A stretch of DNA of 64,000 nucleotides from Bacteroidales bacterium UBA1215 (GCA_002309475.1 DBXJ01000034.1:5741-69740), one strand, 5' to 3'; counted from the first letter of the stretch, positions 1-9,292 are shown. Made by a program: numbers and translations. The notes: generated from the sequence alone by a model not told the origin.

Positions 1-620
1 GCCTCACGCGGATTGGACTGATATAAATCGTAGTATGGTTTCAAAGAAATAAACTCTCCATAAGTAATCAATGCATCGTTTTGATAGCCTAGATAGCCGC
101 TATAATGATTTGCCACCGGCTGAATAAATACCTCTTCTTGAAAATTGTTTTTCGCAGCTGTTTCAAAAGCAATTCTTGTATAAGAAAGATAAAATGTTCC
201 TAAATAATGCCGATTTTGGTGCATGGCTTCCGGAAAGACTGCTACGGGCATGCCGTTGAGAATCTTCTCTTCTGCCATATCAAACATTTCTATGTTCTTT
301 TTTACATTGGCATGCCCATCTCTTACCCTATAGACAGGCAACAATCCCAAAAAATCTAACACCTTTTTGAAAAACCAATTACTAAACACACTGGCACGCG
401 TCATGTACCAAACCTTTCTGCATTGCATTGAAGCTACCATCAACAAGGCATCGTTAAGGGAATTTTGGTGATTGCTCGCCATTAGAAATTGCTTGCCTTT
501 TTCAGGAAATGGAGTCTTGCGAATTACATACAAACGATGATAATATATATATTTTTGAAAAAATACCTGCCAAACATAGATGACCTTGTACAAAAGCGAT
601 GTTTTTGCTATCTTTGCCAT
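1..620 (-). CDS. PlsC-like lysophospholipid acyltransferase family protein (3' end lies outside the window)
   Basis: Open minus-strand frame running off the window edge, so absent from the ORF track. Own translation from ATG at comp(618..620): MAKIAKTSLLYKVIYVWQ...KQFLMASNHQNSLNDALLMV...GLLPVYRVRDG...VAVFPEAMHQNRH. The NHQ....D, YR.RD and FPE blocks resemble acyltransferase motifs I-III. Confidence 0.65.
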   Translation of the reverse strand, partial: MAKIAKTSLLYKVIYVWQVFFQKYIYYHRLYVIRKTPFPEKGKQFLMASNHQNSLNDALLMVASMQCRKVWYMTRASVFSNWFFKKVLDFLGLLPVYRVRDGHANVKKNIEMFDMAEEKILNGMPVAVFPEAMHQNRHYLGTFYLSYTRIAFETAAKNNFQEEVFIQPVANHYSGYLGYQNDALITYGEFISLKPYYDLYQSNPRE

Positions 621-655
621 AAAAATCTATTCACAATGTTTCAATTACAATGTTG

Positions 656-663
656 CAAATGTA
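656..663 (-). promoter_or_regulatory. Bacteroidota -7 promoter box (TAnnTTTG) for the acyltransferase gene
   Basis: caaatgta is the revcomp of TACATTTG, 36 nt upstream of the ATG at 620. Confidence 0.4.
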
Positions 664-873
664 TAATTTTTTATGCTATCATTGTTCATCTTTACTCACT
701 TTTTTTGATTATAAAGTTTCACAACTACACTTTCGCTGTATAACTACAAAATGCTACATTATATATAATAAAGGGGAATTTAAAGGTGGCATTTTCTTTG
801 TTAACTGCATTTCTTGCCACTTCAACTGAACAGGATTGTTGTCATTGCATGGAAACAAATTTATTACATTGCA

Positions 874-901
874 ATAAAAAAAGCCGTTATAAAAACGGCT
901 T
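874..901 (-). terminator. rho-independent terminator downstream of tRNA-Glu
   Basis: Stem aagccgtt (881-888) pairs with aacggctt (894-901), loop of 5 nt. On the minus strand it is followed by a T-run (A-run 876-882 on plus). Confidence 0.6.
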
Positions 902-907
902 TTCTCG

Positions 908-979
908 TAGTCAGTAGGGGAATCGAACCCCTGTTGCAAGGATGAAAACCTTGTGTCCTAGCCCCTAGACGAACTGACC
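908..979 (-). tRNA. tRNA-Glu (anticodon UUC)
   Basis: Revcomp reads GGTCAGTTCGTCTAGGGGCTAGGACACAAGGTTTTCATCCTTGCAACAGGGGTTCGATTCCCCTACTGACTA. It folds as a cloverleaf: 7-bp acceptor stem, GTCT/GGAC D stem, CAAGG/CCTTG anticodon stem with loop TTTTCAT (anticodon TTC), AGGGG/CCCCT T stem with loop TTCGATT. CCA is not encoded. Confidence 0.9.
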
Positions 980-1051
980 AATTTCCTTTCGGAATCGGAA
1001 TGCAAAAGTATAAAAAAAAATAATACAAATTGCAAATTTTGTTTTATTTTT

Positions 1052-1729
1052 TTACAAGTCCGTATCTGCCTGAAAACGAAATCCTAAGCGTTTTGCTGTT
1101 TTTACTAAAGCATGCTTATTGTTCAATTCCATCATCTCGTGAATGGTCATTTCTTGTACCATTTCGTAGGGTGGCACCAACAAATCGAAATTAATGGTGT
1201 ATTGCAAAGCTGCCTCCAAAATGGTTTTCGCCATTGTTTCGTCAAAAATGGTGGAACTAAAATTGTTGTATATCTGCCCTAATTCTCGCTTTCCATCAAT
1301 ATAACAATGTCCTTCGCTATTGATAAAAACTCTTCCTATCAAATATCCGGAATCGTTCAATCTTTCATAGATTACCGAGTCGGTCAGGAAATTGTAGATA
1401 GATATCATGCCGCAAAAGGAGCGGTCTTTGTTTTCACGAATATACGGAGTTTTCATCACCTCGTGGTCGCGACTAAATTCAAATACATTGCTGTGTAAGT
1501 GGCAAAACAACACATCACTTCCATAACGAAGACTAAAGCATTGCGGTTGTTTTGATTCATACGATACCACTATTTCCGGATTGTTGTTGGTAGCTTTATA
1601 GATGTCCGGAAATTTTTGTGTTTCCTGCTTCAAAAGTTCAAATGCGGTGGCTGATTTTTGAGCAGTGGCAATTTTTAAATTACTTTTTGCCGTTAACTGA
1701 TTACAAATTAAATCTATTTTTTCTCCCAT
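1052..1729 (-). CDS. conserved hypothetical cytoplasmic protein (no family recognised)
   Basis: 225-aa ORF with no signal peptide or TM segment. It starts 5 nt after the lpxH stop, suggesting co-transcription. Confidence 0.55.
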   Translation of the reverse strand: MGEKIDLICNQLTAKSNLKIATAQKSATAFELLKQETQKFPDIYKATNNNPEIVVSYESKQPQCFSLRYGSDVLFCHLHSNVFEFSRDHEVMKTPYIRENKDRSFCGMISIYNFLTDSVIYERLNDSGYLIGRVFINSEGHCYIDGKRELGQIYNNFSSTIFDETMAKTILEAALQYTINFDLLVPPYEMVQEMTIHEMMELNNKHALVKTAKRLGFRFQADTDL

Positions 1730-1734
1730 TTTAA

Positions 1735-2493
1735 TTATTTTTTATCAAAAAATTGTAATGTACACTCGCCATTTTTCATAACTACATAACTATCGTGAAA
1801 TTGCCAGTCGCCTGAATTGATATATATGGAATTGTCGGCGATTTTCGTTACAGACGGATAATGGCGATGACCGAAAATATAGTAGTCGAAATGCTCTTGT
1901 GCCTCTATTGCCTTGCAATATTGAATAATCGGCTCTTTGTCTTCACCATGAAAATATTTGTCTTCCTCCAAATGAGCATTTCTACTTTTGAGCGAAACTT
2001 TTCTGGCAATAGCAAAAGAAATGGTGGGATGAATAGTAGAAAACCACCACTGATTGAATTTGGAAGCATATATCCGTTTGATGAGCAAATAACCTTTATC
2101 GGTGGGATCCAAGCCATCGCCATGCCCCATTCTCACCTTTTTGCCGTTGATAAGAAAATCTTGAATTCCTCTCATTTGCACCAAACCTATTTCTTGTTGC
2201 AGATAGCCGAAATTCCACATGTCGTGATTGCCTAAAAGATAGTAAATTTTTACACCTTTGTCGGACAAGTTGGCCAAACGACCAAAAAAACGCACCAAAT
2301 ATTTTGGCACAAAATCTTTGTATTCAAACCAATAGTCGAAAATATCTCCTAAAAGAAACAAGTGGGTTACCTCGTCGGCAATGCTATCGAGAAAAGCCAC
2401 TACCCGCTTTTCCCGTTGGTGACTTTCCTTTTGATCGGGTAAACCAAAATGGCAATCCGAAATTATATATACATTTCCTACTATCTCTTGCAT
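1735..2493 (-). CDS. lpxH: UDP-2,3-diacylglucosamine diphosphatase (LpxH-type metallophosphoesterase)
   Basis: Calcineurin-like phosphoesterase motifs ISDCHFG, LLGDIFDYW, GNHDMW, GHGDG and FGHRH; 252 aa, typical LpxH size. Confidence 0.8.
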   Translation of the reverse strand: MQEIVGNVYIISDCHFGLPDQKESHQREKRVVAFLDSIADEVTHLFLLGDIFDYWFEYKDFVPKYLVRFFGRLANLSDKGVKIYYLLGNHDMWNFGYLQQEIGLVQMRGIQDFLINGKKVRMGHGDGLDPTDKGYLLIKRIYASKFNQWWFSTIHPTISFAIARKVSLKSRNAHLEEDKYFHGEDKEPIIQYCKAIEAQEHFDYYIFGHRHYPSVTKIADNSIYINSGDWQFHDSYVVMKNGECTLQFFDKK

Positions 2494-2509
2494 ACTTTCA
2501 AAATGTGTG

Positions 2510-2517
2510 CAAAGATA
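2510..2517 (-). promoter_or_regulatory. -7 promoter box (TAnnTTTG) for lpxH
   Basis: caaagata is the revcomp of TATCTTTG, 16 nt upstream of the ATG at 2493. Confidence 0.5.
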
Positions 2518-2578
2518 GCATTTTTTTAAGTAATAAAAAAATTTTACCTGTTTTTTTTTATTTTATTCAAAAATAAAG

Positions 2579-2586
2579 TATCTTTG
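2579..2586 (+). promoter_or_regulatory. -7 promoter box for the NfeD/SPFH operon
   Basis: TATCTTTG lies 20 nt upstream of the ATG at 2607, divergent from the lpxH promoter. Confidence 0.5.
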
Positions 2587-2606
2587 CATTTTAAAATCTA
2601 ATTATT

Positions 2607-3047
2607 ATGATAACTGCATGGAAAATTTGGTTGATAGTGGCAATGGTTGCTTTTATAGTTGAAATTTTTACCAACACCTTTGTATTTTTATGTTTCTCGG
2701 TAGGATGTTTAGCATCAATGGTAGCTTCATTTTTTACCGACAATATAAACATACAACTAATTGTTTTTGCCATATTTACGGTGATTAGTTTTTTCACCAT
2801 TCGTCCTTTGATGAACAAATATGCCTACAAAAAAAGCAACCAAGTAAAAACCAATGCCGATGCCTTGACAGGTTCGGAAGGATACGTTACAGAAACTATT
2901 GACAACCAATTAAACACAGGAAGGACTATGGTCAATGGTGACGATTGGCGTGCCATTAGCGAAAATGATGAAATTATCACAGAAAAAACAAAAATACAAG
3001 TTGTAAAAGTAGATAGTAATAGAATTATTGTTAAACCTTTAAAATAA
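2607..3047 (+). CDS. NfeD family membrane protein
   Basis: N-terminal TM helices plus a C-terminal OB-like tail (GRTMVNGDDWRAISENDEIITEKTKIQVVKVDSNRIIVKPL). Sits immediately upstream of an SPFH gene, the canonical NfeD-SPFH pairing. Confidence 0.8.
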   Translation: MITAWKIWLIVAMVAFIVEIFTNTFVFLCFSVGCLASMVASFFTDNINIQLIVFAIFTVISFFTIRPLMNKYAYKKSNQVKTNADALTGSEGYVTETIDNQLNTGRTMVNGDDWRAISENDEIITEKTKIQVVKVDSNRIIVKPLK

Positions 3048-3053
3048 TAAAAT

Positions 3054-4040
3054 ATGACAACAGGACTTATTACCGTAATTGCGATTGTAATACTTGCAAT
3101 TATATTTGTAGCATCAGGATTACGTATTGTACAACAATCCGACACAGTGATTATTGAACGTTTTGGAAAATACCACAGCACACTTTCTGCCGGTATCAAC
3201 ATTATTATTCCATTTGTTGACAAGCCCAGAGAAATTATGTGGAGATATTCAAAAGAAACTTATGACGGCAAATCCATCGTCATCAAACGTGCCACCAACA
3301 AGATAGACTTGCGTGAAACGGTATATGACTTTCCAAAACAAAATGTGATTACAAAAGACAATGTAGTAACGGAAATCAATGCCATTCTTTATTTCCAAGT
3401 AATGGATCCTATCAAGGCTACATACGAAATTTCCAACTTGCCCGATGCCATAGAAAAACTTACGCAGACTACACTTCGTAATGTAATTGGCGACATGAGT
3501 TTGGACGAGACTTTGACATCCAGAGACACCATCAACGCAAAATTGCGCAACGTATTGGACGAAGCCTCTCATAAATGGGGTGTAAAAGTGAATCGTGTGG
3601 AATTGCAAGATATCAATCCTCCTCACGACATTCGTGATGCAATGGAAAAACAAATGCGTGCCGAACGTGACAAACGTGCAAAAATATTAGAGGCAGAAGC
3701 TGACAAACAATCACAAATTCTTCAATCTGAAGGTTGGAAAACAGCTGTTATCAACAAGGCGGAAGCTGAAAAACAATCCAAAATTCTCAAGGCAGAAGGA
3801 GATGCAGAAGCAAGAATTCGTACTGCCAACGGTGAGGCAGAAGCCATCAACGTTATCACCACCGCTATTAAAAATACCAACTCCGACCCTGTCAACTATA
3901 TGGTTGCCATTCGCTATATTGACACCTTGAACCAAATGGTAAGCGGCAAAGACAACAAAACTATCTACATGCCTTATGAGGCAACCGGAGTTTTGAGTTC
4001 TTTGGGTGGCATCAAAAATATGTTCAATGCCACTAAATAA
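3054..4040 (+). CDS. SPFH/band-7 (stomatin/slipin-like) protein
   Basis: N-terminal TM segment, SPFH core (..NVITKDNVVTEINAILYFQVMDP..LRNVIGDMSLDETLTSRD..) and a C-terminal AEAEKQ/AEGDAEA coiled-coil region. Confidence 0.9.
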   Translation: MTTGLITVIAIVILAIIFVASGLRIVQQSDTVIIERFGKYHSTLSAGINIIIPFVDKPREIMWRYSKETYDGKSIVIKRATNKIDLRETVYDFPKQNVITKDNVVTEINAILYFQVMDPIKATYEISNLPDAIEKLTQTTLRNVIGDMSLDETLTSRDTINAKLRNVLDEASHKWGVKVNRVELQDINPPHDIRDAMEKQMRAERDKRAKILEAEADKQSQILQSEGWKTAVINKAEAEKQSKILKAEGDAEARIRTANGEAEAINVITTAIKNTNSDPVNYMVAIRYIDTLNQMVSGKDNKTIYMPYEATGVLSSLGGIKNMFNATK

Positions 4041-4064
4041 TATAAATGAATGATTTTAGAATAT

Positions 4065-4094
4065 AAAAAAACGGCACAACAAAGCCGTTTTTTT
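4065..4094. terminator. bidirectional-looking rho-independent terminator
   Basis: aacggc (4070-4075) pairs with gccgtt (4084-4089). An A-run lies upstream and a T-run downstream. Confidence 0.6.
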
Positions 4095-4150
4095 ATATTC
4101 AGTCACTATCTGACTATAAAACAAGTGTCTGTCATCCTATAAAGAAACAA

Positions 4151-4411
4151 ATGAAAAGAAAGAAAATTGTCATTTTTTTTATTTTATTTTTTATCGTTTT
4201 AATTATTTGGACAACTTATGATTATTTTTTTGGCTTCGGTTATGGGTTATCATTTACGTGGAAAGAATATTTTGAAGATTTACCATGGAGAATAATAGGA
4301 TGTTTCATTTGTTCTTTCTACGGAATGTTTGTATTGTATATAGGAGACGATTTAATAAATTGGTGGGAAAAAAGAAAGAAGAAGAACAAAGACAACAACT
4401 TTTTGAATTGA
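4151..4411 (+). CDS. hypothetical small membrane protein (2 predicted TM segments)
   Basis: 86-aa ORF, very AT-rich, with hydrophobic stretches IVIFFILFFIVLIIW and IIGCFICSFYGMFVLYI and a Lys-rich tail. No family recognised. Confidence 0.4.
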   Translation: MKRKKIVIFFILFFIVLIIWTTYDYFFGFGYGLSFTWKEYFEDLPWRIIGCFICSFYGMFVLYIGDDLINWWEKRKKKNKDNNFLN

Positions 4412-4435
4412 AGTTATATTTTAAATTGTACAACG

Positions 4436-5113
4436 TTATTTGTACTGCGTCCAATCTTGTTCTTGTTTCAATAATGATTTGAATTCGTAAGGTATAAAAT
4501 TAATTCTGCGAATTGATTCAACTCCAGAATATCCCGATATTCGTTCTGTCTTTAAAAGAATAAAAGATGTGTCATAAAAATCTCTATATAAAACAGTTTC
4601 CATTCCCATACCATATTTTTTGGAAAACTCGTAGGACGTAATGCTTGTATTTTCATCCATTTTTATTCTTTTTTTCCCGAGAAAACAATGTGTAATACTT
4701 GCCACAAGGTCATGTAATCCATTACCTGTGCTATAAGTTATGCATGAATCTAAGTATTCAGCTGACATGTACAACTGTCCGCTATCATTGGCATTATTTA
4801 ATTTCAAAATGTTATTTCTAATCAATTTGTAATATTCTGTCGATTTACCCGTCAACTCTTTGTGTTTATCATTATATCTATATGTGATCTGTTGTCTTAT
4901 TCCATTTTTATCAATGATTTTAATCGCTTGATATTCGCATGGAATTGAATCCATGTATTGATAAACTTCGTAATAATATTCATGTATTTGCCAATTTTCT
5001 TTACAAGCAATATTTAACAAAAGAATACAAATAAAACAGATTTTTAATATGTAAGTATGGATATTTGTTGTTATGTTGTTATTTTTATCCTTTTTCATTT
5101 TGCGAAGATTCAT
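4436..5113 (-). CDS. hypothetical exported protein (possible lipoprotein)
   Basis: 225-aa ORF. The N-terminal hydrophobic segment ends LLLNIAC, a relaxed lipobox. No family recognised; AT-rich. Confidence 0.5.
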   Translation of the reverse strand: MNLRKMKKDKNNNITTNIHTYILKICFICILLLNIACKENWQIHEYYYEVYQYMDSIPCEYQAIKIIDKNGIRQQITYRYNDKHKELTGKSTEYYKLIRNNILKLNNANDSGQLYMSAEYLDSCITYSTGNGLHDLVASITHCFLGKKRIKMDENTSITSYEFSKKYGMGMETVLYRDFYDTSFILLKTERISGYSGVESIRRINFIPYEFKSLLKQEQDWTQYK

Positions 5114-5153
5114 TGTTTTTACTTACAATTGTTGTTCAAATTTTTATAATCCA

Positions 5154-5732
5154 TTATATCCTGTTTTTTTTACTAAACCTTGGTCCCATTGATGTTTCAA
5201 TAGGATTCTTATATTCCAATAATTTATTATAAACCATTTCCACTTGTTCTATAGTCCAGCCACCAACATCGGAAAAAATAACCAATGTAGCAAGATTTTT
5301 ATTATCAAAAAAACGAAGTTCCGTCTCAAAATGCCACAACGGAGATATTTTTTTCATGAAATGAAATAAAATATTATTTTTTTCATAAAAATAATCTAAA
5401 TTACATAATTGTATTACACATGTTTTCTTTTGAATAAAAAAAGTGTAATAAGTATGATATTCAATTGTTATTTCTTGTTTATCATCGTCTATTATTATTG
5501 TAGAAACAGCATCTCTATATGTATTCATACTCCAAAGTAAAGCCTCTATGAAAAAAATCAAAAATGAGAATTTTAGTGCTTCAAAAAAGGCAATAGAAAA
5601 TATATCAGGTGATGTCAACGCACAGATTAGCGAAAAACAAACAGACCAAATAAAAGTTTTTCGTAGAGACCCCAGCAAATACCAAAAAAAAATTGGCAAT
5701 TTATTTCTTTTACGTATATATATGTGTGTCAT
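5154..5732 (-). CDS. hypothetical membrane protein
   Basis: 192-aa ORF with 2-3 N-terminal TM helices and a ~110-aa soluble C-terminal region. No family recognised. Confidence 0.5.
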   Translation of the reverse strand: MTHIYIRKRNKLPIFFWYLLGSLRKTFIWSVCFSLICALTSPDIFSIAFFEALKFSFLIFFIEALLWSMNTYRDAVSTIIIDDDKQEITIEYHTYYTFFIQKKTCVIQLCNLDYFYEKNNILFHFMKKISPLWHFETELRFFDNKNLATLVIFSDVGGWTIEQVEMVYNKLLEYKNPIETSMGPRFSKKNRI

Positions 5733-5778
5733 TAATTTATGGTTGTATTGTTTCCTGAGGATGTGTAACAGCTTGTTT

Positions 5779-6642
5779 TTATCTATTTTTCACCACTCTT
5801 ACACTATAGCCATTATAGCGGTTGTTGTCCTCTCTCATGGCATTGAGAGTATCATTGGCAAAATACAAAGATGTTGCAGAAAACTTGTCAACAGACGATA
5901 CCGACCAATAGTTTCCGCTAACATTTATATCTCGCGGACTGGAAATTAAACGGAAACCTGCCGCCGGCAAAAACACGGCGCCATTGGCTTCCATGGCTTT
6001 CCACTGTGCCTGCGAATAACTATTGGCAGAAAAATTACTTGCCATCGGCGAAAAAGAACAACCCGCCGGCAGCACCCACGCATCCGGCAACAATACCATG
6101 CCGGGGATTTGGCTGACATTGGCTCTGCCATATTTCTGGTCTGCCATGCTACGCGTATGAAACAAATAATTCCACTCTTCCTGTGTCAGCGTACGCCACA
6201 AGCCGGATGTAATGCCACCATTTTCTATGGCATTGTAAACACCCCAGTCGTAATTGGCATAGGCACCCACCAAAGACAGTCCGCTGATAGGCTGACCATA
6301 AATAGAATAGTTGATAGAAGTTTGATGCGGATTGCTATTGTTGTAGCCGGACGTTGCCCATCCGAACAAATCTATCCAACCGGAATTAGTAGAAGAAATA
6401 TTTCTATTATCTTGTCCGATTACGGAATATTGCTGAGCGGCAAATCTCCAAGACTTGGTAGATGCTTGATATTGCAAATTGCCTTGCGAAAAAACAACTC
6501 TTCTACCTTGTCCTACGGTAAAATCCTTGGCAATAAAATTATTATTGACATCGGCATCAACCTTGTCATCACCGTCACAAGAACTTAGACAAACTATTGC
6601 CAATATCAAAAACCATGATCTACTCAATATTTTTATCTTCAT
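5779..6642 (-). CDS. surface lipoprotein carrying one FISUMP/DUF1566-like (C-type-lectin-fold-like) module
   Basis: The signal ends LSSC followed by acidic DGDDKVD, resembling the Bacteroidota lipoprotein surface-export signal. The rest matches the ~265-aa module repeated in the giant genes: GNLQY..WRFA..QY..GWIDLFGW.TSGY..YDWGVYNAI..WRTLT.EEW.YL..VFLPAAG.R..YWS..G.SVRVV. Confidence 0.7.
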   Translation of the reverse strand: MKIKILSRSWFLILAIVCLSSCDGDDKVDADVNNNFIAKDFTVGQGRRVVFSQGNLQYQASTKSWRFAAQQYSVIGQDNRNISSTNSGWIDLFGWATSGYNNSNPHQTSINYSIYGQPISGLSLVGAYANYDWGVYNAIENGGITSGLWRTLTQEEWNYLFHTRSMADQKYGRANVSQIPGMVLLPDAWVLPAGCSFSPMASNFSANSYSQAQWKAMEANGAVFLPAAGFRLISSPRDINVSGNYWSVSSVDKFSATSLYFANDTLNAMREDNNRYNGYSVRVVKNR

Positions 6643-6643
6643 A

Positions 6644-7828
6644 TTACAAATTTGCTAATAATTGTTCCAAACGCTTGTTTATCACGCTATAAGAATGATT
6701 TTCCTGAATATATTCTACTGCATTGGCAGACATTTGCCCACACAATGCTTCATCTTCAAAATAAGTTTTTACTGCTTGGGCAAATTGCTTGGCATTATCG
6801 GCAATGAACAAATGCTTTCCGGAACAAACATCCAAACCTTCCTTGCCGATAGTGGTTGTAATGACCGTCTTGCCCAATGACAAAGCTTCCACTATTTTGA
6901 TACGAATGCCGCTTCCCGACAGGAGAGGAACTACCAAAGCTCCATTTTCTTGCATAAACTGCTTGGCAGAAGGCACTTCTCCAACAATTTCTATATTAGG
7001 ATGCTTGATATTGTACCATTGATGAGGAATTTTTCTGCCGGCAATTTTTAATTGAATATTGGGGAATTGTGTACAAATCAACGGAAATATCTCATAGACA
7101 AACCAAAGCGTTCCTTCAATATTCGGCTGCCAGTCCATTGAACCCAGCATGAACAAATTCTTCTTTTCTTTTAATCCTTCAACTTTGGCAGGCAAATTGG
7201 TGGCAAATGGCAAAACCTCCACAGGGGCAAAAGAGGCAAAAAATTGTCGGTCGTACTGAGATATTGTCCAGACGGCATTGCATTTCTGTGCCATTTTTTG
7301 CTCAAAATTTTTCAGCTGTCTTGCCAAAATATGGATATAACATCTTTTGACAGGGTTTTTGGTATTTTCTCCCACCCGCTGCCAAATTTTATGCTCTACA
7401 TTGTGGGAACGAAGGACAATTTTTGCAGAACTATTTTTTCTGATAATATCGTAATAGACAGCCATATAGACTGTTTCTAAAATTACTATATCAAATTGTT
7501 GCCGCAAAATTTCTATCAACTTTTTTTCAAAGGTTTTACTATAAAAGCGCTTTACATGATAGGATTGATTTTTCAACAAGCACGCCAAAGCTCCTTTGAC
7601 AGAAAAATTCGTGTCAATGTCCACCCACTCTATTTGTGTGCGTTGCAGATAACCGGTATCTACGTTTTCTTTATCCACATGGTATTTTGGGGTGTTGACC
7701 GCCAAAATTTTCACCTGATGTCCCAACTGCAACAAAGATTCCGTGAGTGCATTCATAGCTATCGGTCCCCCTTCTTTGACGGGATATGGAGATTTATTGC
7801 ATATTTGTAGAATCTTCATGATGTACAC
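6644..7828 (-). CDS. glycosyltransferase family 4 (GT-B fold)
   Basis: N-terminal MKILQICNKSPYPVKEGG and a C-terminal GT1-type block ALVVPLLSGSGIRIKIVEALSLGKTVITT. The start is more likely the ATG at 7819 (MKILQ). Confidence 0.8.
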   Translation of the reverse strand: MYIMKILQICNKSPYPVKEGGPIAMNALTESLLQLGHQVKILAVNTPKYHVDKENVDTGYLQRTQIEWVDIDTNFSVKGALACLLKNQSYHVKRFYSKTFEKKLIEILRQQFDIVILETVYMAVYYDIIRKNSSAKIVLRSHNVEHKIWQRVGENTKNPVKRCYIHILARQLKNFEQKMAQKCNAVWTISQYDRQFFASFAPVEVLPFATNLPAKVEGLKEKKNLFMLGSMDWQPNIEGTLWFVYEIFPLICTQFPNIQLKIAGRKIPHQWYNIKHPNIEIVGEVPSAKQFMQENGALVVPLLSGSGIRIKIVEALSLGKTVITTTIGKEGLDVCSGKHLFIADNAKQFAQAVKTYFEDEALCGQMSANAVEYIQENHSYSVINKRLEQLLANL

Positions 7829-9263
7829 TCAATTTATGCAAAGGATTAATAGATGACAATTTATTGAAAAATTTCTTCAAAGCAGACATATCGGAAAGGC
7901 TTGCCTCACGCGATGCCATGACAATCAAAAATATTCCCATCGGCAACAACAAAACCGAAGAAATCCACATACCGATATATGGAGGAATGGTACCTGCTCG
8001 GGCCATTCGTTCACCGATGGTGGAGGTTACCCAATATAATACAAACACCAATATTGAAACCGTTAAAGGAATTCCCAAGCCGCCTTTTCGGATAATGGCA
8101 CCTAATGGCACACCTATAAAAAACAACAACAAACACGCCATTGACAAAGAGAATTTTCTGTGCCATTCTATCTCATAACGTGCCAACTGTCTTTCTTGTG
8201 ATTCACAATCCAGTGCACTAAACTCCAAATAACCGGAATTTTCTCTTGCCGCTTGAATGGCATAGGTATAGGCGGTATAAGTTTGCTGTGTATCTAAGGT
8301 ATCATCGGCTGCCTGCACTGCTGTCTGGCTACTATTTGCCAATTGTGGATTGTAATAATTGGAAATAGTTCGTACATTGTTGAGCAGATTGCTGCCTCGG
8401 GTAGATTCCACGGCAAAAATATCCGACTGCATGGTATCAATATAATTATCCAACTGAAAAATATTCAGCATTTGATAACTATCTTTATAGAATTCTTCAT
8501 CTGTCTTTTGCATTTGAAACGATGACAAGTCAAAACGAATTTGTTGTGTTTTGAAGGTGCCTCTCAATATCGGCATTTCTTTGGCAGTAAGCGAAGGATC
8601 GTAACTGGCATTTTCATCATAAATAAATCCGTCTTCAAGGGTGAAATACAAATATTGCTTGTTGGGCGACAAAGCCATAGTGCCTTTTTTACCGTATGTA
8701 ACAGTAGTATAACCGGTTGTTTTGGTATGATCGTAAACCAAAACATCGTGAATGGTACTATTGTCTTTGTCTTTTTTGCCGATTCGGATTATATAATTGT
8801 CAATTTCGCGATAGAAAATGCCTTCGTCAATACTCAAAGCCGGTTTTTGTGCTTGAATATCGTGCAATAAGGTAGTGAATTTCAAACTCATCACCGGCAC
8901 CACATTGTTAGAAAACACAAAAGCAAACACTGACAAACACAAAGCAAAAATTGTCAACGGTTGCATGATACGTGCCAAAGGAATACCTGCACACTTAAAA
9001 GCCGTCAACTCGTTGCGTTCGGAAAGGTTGCCGAAAGTAATTAATGACGACAACAAAATTGCCAATGGCAATGCCAATGGAACAAATGTGAAAGTACTAT
9101 AGAACAATAATTTTAACAAAACTCCCAATTCCAATCCCTTGCCGACCAAATCATCCACATACTTCCACAAGAATTGCATCATAAGTACAAATAAAACAAC
9201 TAAAAAAGTCAATATAAATGGACCTATATAGTTTTTCAACAAGAACTTATCTGCAACTTTCAT
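7794..9263 (-). CDS. LptF/LptG family (YjgP/YjgQ) LPS export permease
   Basis: MKVADKFLLKNYIGPFILTF N-terminus, three TM helices, a large periplasmic insert, then three TM helices; 489 aa. Confidence 0.8.
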   Translation of the reverse strand: MKVADKFLLKNYIGPFILTFLVVLFVLMMQFLWKYVDDLVGKGLELGVLLKLLFYSTFTFVPLALPLAILLSSLITFGNLSERNELTAFKCAGIPLARIMQPLTIFALCLSVFAFVFSNNVVPVMSLKFTTLLHDIQAQKPALSIDEGIFYREIDNYIIRIGKKDKDNSTIHDVLVYDHTKTTGYTTVTYGKKGTMALSPNKQYLYFTLEDGFIYDENASYDPSLTAKEMPILRGTFKTQQIRFDLSSFQMQKTDEEFYKDSYQMLNIFQLDNYIDTMQSDIFAVESTRGSNLLNNVRTISNYYNPQLANSSQTAVQAADDTLDTQQTYTAYTYAIQAARENSGYLEFSALDCESQERQLARYEIEWHRKFSLSMACLLLFFIGVPLGAIIRKGGLGIPLTVSILVFVLYWVTSTIGERMARAGTIPPYIGMWISSVLLLPMGIFLIVMASREASLSDMSALKKFFNKLSSINPLHKLSVHHEDSTNMQ

Positions 9264-9292
9264 CGTACAAGAGAATGTAACAGAGGTGTAAA

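Noticed and set aside
754-939. 61-aa ORF overlapping the tRNA-Glu gene and its terminator, and the 84-aa ORF at 489..743.
   Set aside because: The first overlaps a confidently folded tRNA. The second lies antisense to the acyltransferase start and promoter region and encodes an implausible Cys/Phe/Ile-rich peptide.
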